A DNA stretch of 34,255 bases from a virus. Below, one piece after another: positions 7,899 to 14,743 of the stretch. The notes beneath the pieces are model-generated. The model was not told the origin of the DNA. It searched no databases and was given only the letters and a program-made list of their open reading frames with translations. Both the position numbers and the translations under genes were made by a program. The stretch spans positions 1-34,255 of the IMG/VR virus record IMGVR_UViG_3300027863_000011. One strand, 5' to 3'. The stretch's first letter is position 1. Each line of letters starts with the position of its first letter.

Positions 7899-8175
7899 GC
7901 GGGGGCTGCGGGGGCTAAATTGGCTTTTTGGAGTGTTTAAGGGTTTAGCGAAGCAAGGAGCATTTTCAAAAAATTTTAAAAATATGGTTTTAGCCCCCGC
8001 AGCCCCCGCAAGGTGAAACAAGACCCCCAATATATTGTGATTTGGCGTTAGATATATCGGGCCAAAATGTCTACTGAATTTTTTTAACACTTTCGTAACA
8101 TTTTGGCCCCCGCAGCCCCCGCAAAAACAATTACATTTGGTGCACCCAAAATAGGTGCAAGCAAGCAGCCCCCGC
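7899..8175. repeat. Putative replication origin: 9-mer iterons GCGGGGGCT / AGCCCCCGC flanking two AT-rich segments
   Basis: Copies lie at 7899-7907 and 7908-7916 (one orientation), and at 7992-8000, 8001-8009, 8105-8113 (one mismatch), 8114-8122 and 8167-8175 (opposite orientation). There is a degenerate copy near 8217-8225. AT-rich tracts at 7917-7991 and 8010-8104 lie between the doublets. The region is non-coding and directly downstream of the primase-helicase gene. Confidence 0.6.
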
Positions 8176-8275
8176 ATATTTTTGGTAGGACTGCTTACCA
8201 ACGCATTCCCGAAACCACCCCCCGCTGCTTGAACTGCTGTCAGGTTACTCAGGGGTAACATGCGCTACTCACCCC

Positions 8276-11083
8276 TCACCATTCCAGGCCTATCTGGTCC
8301 GCCGCCGACGGGGGCTTACCCCCTATCCCGCTTGCGTCGCCTGCGCCGCACGCCACCTCGGCTACGTCAGCTATGCCCGCATCGCCCGCATCGCCCGCAT
8401 CGCCCGCGTCGCCTGCGTCGCCCGCTACGCCCGCTACGCCCGCTACGCCCGCATCGCCTGCTACGTCTACGTCGCCTGACGGCATGAACCCGTAGCGATA
8501 TACCTTGGCATGTCCATCCCAGGTGACATACATCCCGAACAGGCGGGAAAGGTTCCTCTCGTGTGCCAGGAGGGCCTCCCCGAACCGGTGGGGGGTGATT
8601 ACCTTTCCGGCCCGGTCCCGAAGGGCACGCCCCCCTCCGTAATATGTGGTGAGCTCCTCCAGCAGCTCACGCGCGGTCAGGCTCCGGGGGGCGCCGCTTT
8701 GGTCTATATGGCGCCCGTCGGAAATCCATAGCCGAAGGACGTCTATCGCCGGTATGCTCTGGGCGGAGAATGTGGATGCCTGGGTGTAGGTCTTCACCAT
8801 TAGGTCATCCCAAACCTCCTCCTCAAAGCCCGCCGCAAGGAACAGCCCCTTTGCCAGGCTCATGAACTCGGATTGCCGGTGGCGCGTTTCCACGGCCTGC
8901 CTCGCCTGGTGCCAGTTCTTCGCCGCAAGGGAGAAGATGTAATGCAGGATGGCGTTTCGGCACTTCTGGATAGGTTCGTATACATGGTCTTCCCGCCGCC
9001 GTTTCTTCTCGCTTAGCTGGCTCAGCTCGAAGAACACCGCGCGGGTGACAACGTCATGTCGGTATTTATAGGCGGCGCCGTGCATGCTGGTGGTGATGAT
9101 ACCTGGGGTAGGGGTGATTTGAACACTGTCGAAATCTGTGTACAGTTTACGCTTTTCGTAGGCACTGCCGGTTATGACCGCCGCCAGGGCGTCGTGCAGG
9201 CCCCGGATGGTGGCGGTCTCCAGGTTGTCCAGGCACACCAGCCATCCCCTTTCCAGCATGACCCACAGGTCGTCGAGGTTTGGCGGCAGTTGCCGTACCC
9301 CCCAGCCATCCCCTACCAGGAGCCGACCGATGCTCCTGGCCAGGGTGGTCTTCCCGCTGTCGGCTTCCCCTATGATGCACAGGATAGGAGGCCGTATCCG
9401 GGCCGCCAGGCCCACCGGGAGAGCAAGGATGAGGGCCATGAGGAGGGTAGAATAGTCATCTTTCCGAAAGACCGGCCCGTCCTTCCAAGGCCAGGAATTG
9501 CAGAATACATGCAACATAGTTTCCCCGAAGCCCCCCAGCCGGGGCGGCTTGCCTATCGGGCTTAAGCCGGGCTCCGAGCGGAAGAGGACGCCGTCCGCCC
9601 CGTTAGGGAGGAGGTGGGGCTCCCCGGTCCCTAAATCCCACCTCCACATGGTCCCGTCCCCGTTGTCGCGGTAGATGCCCCGTTCGTTTATGCAGGCGAC
9701 GCGGTGCAGGTCGACCGCGCGCCCTTCGTTTAGGCCGCAGAGGCGCAGGTGCTGATAGACGTATCCGAAAAGGGCCTCCTCCGCGGGATTAAGCCCGAAC
9801 TCGAAGAGGATACGCTCGAAAGGCTGCCCCGGGCCGATGGAGGGGGGCATGGGAATGACCTGGTGGGTTTCCCGGCTGAAGTAGAAAACCCCGCCATCGG
9901 GGCGGTTTTCGGTGAGGAACTCCCCCGCATCCCTTAAGGCGGCCTGTATCTCTTCGGCTATCCTGCGTTTCACCTGCCGGGCGGCCCTCCCACCCGAAAG
10001 GTATTTTTGGATGCGGCCCCCCACGATTTGGGGCGAATGGGGGGTCAGCCGCTTCATGTTCTCGTTCAGGATGTCGGAAAGGTAGGTTCGGAATTCCTGG
10101 ATGACCTCTTCGCGGGCGGCGTATCGGTTCCGCTTGTATAGAAAAGCCCACAGGTCCCCCAGGTCTTTTACCCCCGGAAAAGGGGGCGTCCAGAGGTGCA
10201 GGTAGACTTCCCGGCCCCCGGAGGCGATTTCTTCCGCCCAGCGGCGGGCAGCCTCGGCCCCAGCGGGGTCGGCGTCATACAGAAAGTGGATTTCCTTGCT
10301 CGTGTCGAAATAGCGTACCGCGGGGGCGGGGTTGTAACCGGCCGCCCCCACGGATACGGCGGGCATCCCCCCGATATACCACAGGATGTCGGCATCCTTT
10401 TGACCTTCGGTAAAGAATATCTTGTCACTCCACAGGACCCCGCTTTCCGGGATGTAGAGGCCGTGCCCGTGGCCTTCTGGGGGGTTCTCCCCGCCCTTGA
10501 TGATAATGAACTTCGGGCCGGTGCCGTTGACCACCGCCCGGCCGAAAAGGCAGCAGGTTTTGTATTCGTCATTTATCTTTACGAAGTGAGGATAGATGTA
10601 CCGATAATCGAAGCATTGGGGCCAGCGGCGGGAGGCCCAGAGCTCTTCCGCGTTTTCTATCAGGTTCTTTTCGGCGGCCTCCCGCAGAATCTCCCTTGAA
10701 ATGATGCTGTCCAAGAAGAGGTGGGGTTTGTTGAGGGCCACCAAGCCGGTATCTTCCAGATATTTATAACCCGTTTTGTTCGGTTTTTTGTCCCGGAGGG
10801 CCGCCAAGAGAAGGGCGTACAGGGTGTCGTCATAAGAAACGCTTTCCGGCATGTCCCCGGTCAGGTACCGAAGGAGGGTTTCCATGGACAAGGCGCGCCC
10901 CCCGACCATGCAGTTGTTCGAGTGGCATTTGAACAGGACGCGCCCGCCCTCCGCGGTAAAGAACCCCGCGCTGGGGTGCTGGTCTTCGTGAAAGGGGCAG
11001 CGTACCGAGTTTGGTGGGTGTGCAGGGTCTATTTCTTCGGGCCAGAGGTCGGCAATCCTTATGAGCAGGTCGCGGTCTTCCAT
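8276..11083 (-). CDS. Bifunctional DNA primase / P-loop helicase (CHC2 zinc finger + Toprim + P4/D5-like NTPase)
   Basis: CPFHEDQHPSAGFF...FKCHSNNC (CHC2 finger); FFTEGQKDADILW and FLYDADPAGAEAARRW (Toprim-like); IIGEADSGKTTLARSIG with WLVCLDNLE (Walker A/B). GGAGGAGG precedes the ATG at 11083. Confidence 0.88.
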   Translation of the reverse strand: MEDRDLLIRIADLWPEEIDPAHPPNSVRCPFHEDQHPSAGFFTAEGGRVLFKCHSNNCMVGGRALSMETLLRYLTGDMPESVSYDDTLYALLLAALRDKKPNKTGYKYLEDTGLVALNKPHLFLDSIISREILREAAEKNLIENAEELWASRRWPQCFDYRYIYPHFVKINDEYKTCCLFGRAVVNGTGPKFIIIKGGENPPEGHGHGLYIPESGVLWSDKIFFTEGQKDADILWYIGGMPAVSVGAAGYNPAPAVRYFDTSKEIHFLYDADPAGAEAARRWAEEIASGGREVYLHLWTPPFPGVKDLGDLWAFLYKRNRYAAREEVIQEFRTYLSDILNENMKRLTPHSPQIVGGRIQKYLSGGRAARQVKRRIAEEIQAALRDAGEFLTENRPDGGVFYFSRETHQVIPMPPSIGPGQPFERILFEFGLNPAEEALFGYVYQHLRLCGLNEGRAVDLHRVACINERGIYRDNGDGTMWRWDLGTGEPHLLPNGADGVLFRSEPGLSPIGKPPRLGGFGETMLHVFCNSWPWKDGPVFRKDDYSTLLMALILALPVGLAARIRPPILCIIGEADSGKTTLARSIGRLLVGDGWGVRQLPPNLDDLWVMLERGWLVCLDNLETATIRGLHDALAAVITGSAYEKRKLYTDFDSVQITPTPGIITTSMHGAAYKYRHDVVTRAVFFELSQLSEKKRRREDHVYEPIQKCRNAILHYIFSLAAKNWHQARQAVETRHRQSEFMSLAKGLFLAAGFEEEVWDDLMVKTYTQASTFSAQSIPAIDVLRLWISDGRHIDQSGAPRSLTARELLEELTTYYGGGRALRDRAGKVITPHRFGEALLAHERNLSRLFGMYVTWDGHAKVYRYGFMPSGDVDVAGDAGVAGVAGVAGDAGDAGDAGDAGDAGIADVAEVACGAGDASGIGGKPPSAADQIGLEW
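8372..8476. repeat. Tandem 9-bp repeat (about 11 units, consensus on the plus strand ATCGCCCGC / TACGCCCGC) inside the 3' end of the primase-helicase gene
   Basis: Read directly: tatgcccgc atcgcccgc x3 gtcgcctgc gtcgcccgc tacgcccgc x3 atcgcctgc tacgtc tacgtcgcc. It encodes ...DVDVAGDAGVAGVAGVAGDAGDAGDAGDAGDAGIADVAEVA.... Confidence 0.9.
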
Positions 11084-11180
11084 TCCTTACCTCCTCCTGG
11101 TTTTCCCGGCCCCCTCCGACGCCCCCACGGTAATCCCGCAGGGGCGCCGCCGGAGGAGGTCGGAAAGCCGGGGGCCTTAA

Positions 11181-11780
11181 TCAGAGCAGCTTATAAGGCT
11201 CCCGGAAAAGCCTACACCTCGTGTTCAGGCAGGCCAGGTGGTCGTCGCACACCAAGGCTATGTGGTTTCCATCGAACTCCCACGTGTAGGGGCAGGTAAG
11301 CCGGAAATTGCCGTGTCGGGCGTCCACCCACAAGATGGAGTGGCCCAACTCCCCTTCTAACTTCCCGATGGCTTCGTCCAGCCGACAGAGGTGAGCTATG
11401 GCGCCCAAAAGCACGTCCTCTTTAGGTGGGGGGACAATCCCAGTGACCACAGGGGCTTCCGGGTTTTTGCGGACGAAGTAGGGCTTTATCCTCGCCAGTT
11501 TGTAGGATTCGCCGTGAAGGGGGCAGAATTTATGGAAGCATTCGATAGCGAGGCAGTCGTTCTCCTGAACCGGCACGAGCCGGTGGAAATGGGGTTCCTC
11601 CGCGCCGTAGGGGCAGACCAGGAATATCCCCTCCGACTTCGGGTCATGCACGTGGATAGGTGCCAAGAAGTAGTTCTCGGCTTCTCGTAAGGAGTTTAGT
11701 ACCTCCTTACGGTCCACCACGTCGAAGAAGTGCGGGGTGAGGAAGACGAGGTTTTCGTGCATCCAGGAGTACACGTTCAT
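11181..11780 (-). CDS. Hypothetical early protein with an internally duplicated Cys/His-rich domain
   Basis: AGGAGGTAAAAGC precedes the ATG at 11780 (MNVYSWMHEN...). The two halves share LVCPYG...CLAIECFHKFCPLHGESYKL versus LTCPYT...CDDHLACLNTRCRLFREPYKL. It is the first gene of the leftward early operon. Confidence 0.6.
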   Translation of the reverse strand: MNVYSWMHENLVFLTPHFFDVVDRKEVLNSLREAENYFLAPIHVHDPKSEGIFLVCPYGAEEPHFHRLVPVQENDCLAIECFHKFCPLHGESYKLARIKPYFVRKNPEAPVVTGIVPPPKEDVLLGAIAHLCRLDEAIGKLEGELGHSILWVDARHGNFRLTCPYTWEFDGNHIALVCDDHLACLNTRCRLFREPYKLL

Positions 11781-11841
11781 GCTTTTACCTCCTTTCGTCT
11801 GTGCCCCCATTCTTTAGGTGGCTGCCCTTGCGTCTATATTT

Positions 11842-11872
11842 ATTATACTCTATTTTTCGGTAAATTTATCAA
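11842..11872 (-). promoter_or_regulatory. Candidate early (leftward) promoter
   Basis: The minus strand reads TTGATA (11872-11867), a 19-nt spacer, then TATAAT (11847-11842). The spacer is longer than optimal. Confidence 0.3.
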
Positions 11873-11959
11873 TAACTTTATACCAAAATATACGGCTATT
11901 TTTATGCATATATCCAGTAAATTCGGGGATTTTTAAATCGTAATAAAGCAACCAGCGGC

Positions 11960-11988
11960 TTGATATTTAAAGAGGATTTTACTAAACT
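11960..11988 (+). promoter_or_regulatory. Candidate promoter of regulator copy 1
   Basis: TTGATA (11960-11965), 17 nt, TAAACT (11983-11988). It is preceded by AAAGCAACCA, a motif also found upstream of the paralogous promoter at 13854. Confidence 0.45.
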
Positions 11989-12038
11989 TAAACCAAGGTA
12001 AAAGAGGGCGGAGTTCTGGGAAGGTGGTGACGATGACG

Positions 12039-12503
12039 ATGAAGGTGAGTAAGAGACCCATCCCCTTTAACCTGTGGTTTAGGTACGCCCGTTATACCCG
12101 CCACTACTCCCAGACTCGGTTGGCGGAAGAGGCCGGGCTTGGGCAGACCACCGTGGTGGACCTGGAGACCGGGAAGCGGGACCCCAATTCCCTATCGCTT
12201 CGAAACATAAGAAAACTCTCCCGGGCCCTTGATATGGATTTGCTCTCCTTCCTGTCGAATGTCCTGTGGAGGCCCACCAAGTTCGAGCCTGGGCAATGCT
12301 CCAGATGCCGTAAGCCCGTGTATCCCTTTTCCTTGAACGAGCTGCGGATAAACATGGGCGGCAAGGAGCAGCTTTCCCTGTCTATGTGTGACCGGTGCCA
12401 CGCACAGTTCTTCTATATGCTCGGCTCGTTCCTCGACGAGCCCATACGAGAGGTATTACCCCCGGAATGGATAGAAGGAGAGTATCATGTTACTGAACCG
12501 TAA
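12039..12503 (+). CDS. XRE-family HTH regulator with C-terminal CxxC...CxxC zinc-ribbon-like domain (copy 1; candidate immunity repressor)
   Basis: YSQTRLAEEAGLGQTTVVDLETGKRDPNSLSLRNIRKLSRALDMDL is a Cro/CI-type HTH. The C-terminal part carries CSRCRKP...CDRCHAQF. AAGGTGGTGA lies 8 nt upstream of the ATG at 12039 (the ORF track starts at GTG 12024). It is divergent from the early operon. Confidence 0.8.
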   Translation: MKVSKRPIPFNLWFRYARYTRHYSQTRLAEEAGLGQTTVVDLETGKRDPNSLSLRNIRKLSRALDMDLLSFLSNVLWRPTKFEPGQCSRCRKPVYPFSLNELRINMGGKEQLSLSMCDRCHAQFFYMLGSFLDEPIREVLPPEWIEGEYHVTEP

Positions 12504-12576
12504 ACAACGTGCCGAGGCCCTTGGTGTTTACCCCAGCACTCATCTCCCGTTCTCCTTGTCCTCCTTATCGGAGTAG
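12487..12576 (+). pseudogene. Truncated/frameshifted remnant of an excisionase-like gene (paralog of 14390..)
   Basis: MLLNRKQRAEALGVYPSTHLPFSLSSLSE compared with MLVNRKQLAEAIGVHPNTIRRWELEGVL. The DNA aligns for about 60 nt (atgttactgaaccgtaaacaacgtgccgaggcc... versus atgctggtgaaccgtaagcagctggccgaggct...), then loses frame. It has the same overlap geometry with the upstream regulator gene. Confidence 0.6.
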
Positions 12577-12586
12577 CCCTCGGCCT

Positions 12587-13639
12587 TCACCGCGGGCCTC
12601 CTTTTCGTTTGATGAATAGGCGTTTGAATGTTTCTTTTCCACTCAAATATGACCCTCTTCCATATATACCATTGGGGTCTTGGTCGATGCCCTGATTTGA
12701 GCCCAAAATCTCGAACTGGTCAGGGTTATATTTATCCAAAAACGTAATCGGCACCCCCATAACCCCGTCGTAGTCGTAGGGTATCTCGGCGACTTTCGAC
12801 ACCTCGATGGCGTCGTAGTTGTCGTACTTGGGATACTTCTCCGGGTCGTAGCGCGCGTACAGGGTCAGCTCCTCGTGGCGCTTCGGGATGTCGAGGTTGG
12901 TGAACCAGCAAGCCATAATGTGTTTTACCCTTACTCCGTTTATAATTTTTTCACAAGCATAGTGTTTTGGGACAATGAACCACATATCCTGGTTGATATT
13001 TCTGTGTCCTATCCACAATTTGTTCTCTTTTATCAATGGGAATATTTCTTTATAGGTTATGGCGTTTTTGTTCCCAATTATCACGAACTTCTTCCCATAT
13101 TCCATAAGTTGCGCCACATACTCCCGGAACAGCGAGAAGGGCGGGTTGGTCACCACGATGTCGGCTTCTTTGAGCAGTTCCACGCACTCGGGGGAGCGGA
13201 AGTCCCCGTCTCCCTCCAACAGGGTCAGGGTGTTCTTCTTGTTCTTAATCAGCTGTTCCACGTCGGTAGGGCCAATTGCCCCATCTCCGGTCGTATCCGG
13301 GACTTCGGTTATTTCTACTTTGTAGGCCCTTTTTTCTTTTCCCCTTTTGTCCTCACCCTTGGGGCATTCCGCATCCAAGAGAGATAATTGTTTTTCCGCT
13401 ACGGGAGACCCGGCGTAGCTGGTGGTGATGAGCTTCTTTAGCCCCAAGTGGTTGAAGTTCAGGACGAAGTACCTAAAGAAGTTACTCTCGTAAGGGTCGT
13501 CACAATTGCAGTAGACCACTTTGTTGCGGAAATGTGGTTTGTAATGGCGCAGCTCCTCTTCAATGTCCTCCAGCCGAGTGTAGAACTCGTCCTGCTTGGC
13601 TTTTTTCGCCTTGTTTAGGGCCTTGTTGGTACTTCCCAC
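12587..13639 (-). CDS. Orphan N6-adenine DNA methyltransferase, EcoRI-methylase-like family
   Basis: KQDEFYTRLEDIEEEL...VVYCNCDDPYESNFFRYF...LGLKKLITTSY, and catalytic VVTNPPFSLF (motif IV NPPF). No adjacent nuclease ORF. GTG start at 13639. GC is visibly lower than its surroundings. Confidence 0.85.
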   Translation of the reverse strand: MGSTNKALNKAKKAKQDEFYTRLEDIEEELRHYKPHFRNKVVYCNCDDPYESNFFRYFVLNFNHLGLKKLITTSYAGSPVAEKQLSLLDAECPKGEDKRGKEKRAYKVEITEVPDTTGDGAIGPTDVEQLIKNKKNTLTLLEGDGDFRSPECVELLKEADIVVTNPPFSLFREYVAQLMEYGKKFVIIGNKNAITYKEIFPLIKENKLWIGHRNINQDMWFIVPKHYACEKIINGVRVKHIMACWFTNLDIPKRHEELTLYARYDPEKYPKYDNYDAIEVSKVAEIPYDYDGVMGVPITFLDKYNPDQFEILGSNQGIDQDPNGIYGRGSYLSGKETFKRLFIKRKGGPR

Positions 13640-13853
13640 CCTTTATTCACCTTTGAGAACGTCTGCGGCCCCAACCTCCTTTCTCGATACCGCCCGTATG
13701 GGCTTCCCCGACCGCCCTACTACTATTATTATAGTCCTAATATCGGATATTTTGGTTATATTTTTAATATTAAATTTTTTATTTTTCCCTGGTGATCAGG
13801 GTTTTTAAGGGTTTTTGATACCTAAATTTTTTATGCCAAAGCAACCACAAGAC

Positions 13854-13882
13854 TTGACATATATGCGCCTTACGTATAAAAT
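13854..13882 (+). promoter_or_regulatory. Candidate promoter of regulator copy 2 / xis / int
   Basis: TTGACA (13854-13859), 17 nt, TAAAAT (13877-13882). It is preceded by AAAGCAACCA, as at copy 1. Confidence 0.5.
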
Positions 13883-13941
13883 AAAGCAAGGAAGATGGAG
13901 GTTCGTATGACAGCGCGCGGGGATTGTGGGGGGGTAGAAAA

Positions 13942-14406
13942 ATGGAAGTGGAAAAGCGCTCGGAAGGCCTCAACCAATGGCTGCGCTTCATGCGTTTGGG
14001 GCACAACCTGACCCAGGCCCAGCTGGCACGGCGGGCCGGTTTAAGCTTAACCACCATCTCGGACCTTGAAAGGTCCCAGCGGGACCCGGAGGGCCTAACC
14101 CTCCGTAACCTACGTAGGCTTGCCCGCGCCCTTGATATGAACCTGTTTACGCTCATCTCGAACATCCTTTGGCGGCACGAGGGAATACGGTGGGGGCGGT
14201 GCTCCCGCTGTGGTAATCCGGGCGACCTGTTTAGATACCGGGAGGTCGGGATTGACCTTGGGGGGCACTCTGATTTCTTCTTTTCGCTGTGTCCCGCCTG
14301 CTACGGCGAGTTCTACGGCCTGCTTTCTACCTTTTTTGACCAAAAGTTACGTGAGTTACTATACGGGGATAGAACGGGACTTTTCGATTATGCTGGTGAA
14401 CCGTAA
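13942..14406 (+). CDS. XRE-family HTH regulator with C-terminal zinc-ribbon-like domain (copy 2)
   Basis: LTQAQLARRAGLSLTTISDLERSQRDPEGLTLRNLRRLARALDMNL followed by CSRCGNP...CPACYGEF. It is collinear with copy 1 along the whole length, with roughly 40 percent identity by eye. Start placed at the ATG at 13942. Confidence 0.8.
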   Translation: MEVEKRSEGLNQWLRFMRLGHNLTQAQLARRAGLSLTTISDLERSQRDPEGLTLRNLRRLARALDMNLFTLISNILWRHEGIRWGRCSRCGNPGDLFRYREVGIDLGGHSDFFFSLCPACYGEFYGLLSTFFDQKLRELLYGDRTGLFDYAGEP

Positions 14407-14743
14407 GCAGCTGGCCGAGGCTATAGGTGTCCACCCAAACACTATCCGCCGGTGGGAGTTGGAGGGGGTGCTACGCCCTGCCCTTCGTCACGGGCGCGTG
14501 ATACGATATGATATAGACGAGGTTCGGAGGCAGCTACAACCCGAATTCCAAGATGCCGGTTTACAAACTGGGGCCAGGCAAATACAGCGCGGAAAAAACA
14601 TACCGGGGGTGGCGTTTCCATCGCCGCTTTCGAAGCCGGGAACAAGCAGAACGCGCCATCCGGGATTTCATGAATGCGGTCGACGCAGGGATTTGGGGAT
14701 GCCCGGAAATCCCAGACAAAACAACCCTCGGCGTTTTCCTTGA
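14390..14743 (+). CDS. xis: Excisionase / MerR-like HTH DNA-binding protein (end uncertain)
   Basis: MLVNRKQLAEAIGVHPNTIRRWELEGVLRPALRHGRVIRYDIDEVRRQL is a typical excisionase-family HTH. The ATG at 14390 overlaps the end of the regulator gene. The frame stays open 190 nt into int with a low-complexity tail. Confidence 0.55.
   Translation: MLVNRKQLAEAIGVHPNTIRRWELEGVLRPALRHGRVIRYDIDEVRRQLQPEFQDAGLQTGARQIQRGKNIPGVAFPSPLSKPGTSRTRHPGFHECGRRRDLGMPGNPRQNNPRRFP

Noticed and set aside
7899-8175. The possibility that the repeated GC-rich elements are a CRISPR array or a retron-type msr/msd.
   Set aside because: The units are only 9 bp, occur as doublets in both orientations, and are separated by AT-rich DNA rather than regular spacers. 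No cas genes or reverse transcriptase exist anywhere in the complete genome.
7833-8261. 142-aa minus-strand ORF (and the 97-aa plus-strand ORF 7723..8016) spanning the iteron region.
   Set aside because: The translation is dominated by Cys/Gly/Ala runs produced by the GC-rich 9-mers alternating with AT-rich junk. There is no SD and no coupling to neighbours. The region is better explained as a non-coding origin.
11113-11156. GC-rich imperfect hairpin (CCTCCG-A-CGCCCC ... GGGGCG-CCGC-CGGAGG) between the 199-aa early gene and the primase gene.
   Set aside because: It is not followed by a U-tract on the transcribed strand, so it is not a convincing terminator. It may simply be a GC-rich spacer overlapping the primase SD region. 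There is not enough evidence to call it a regulatory element.
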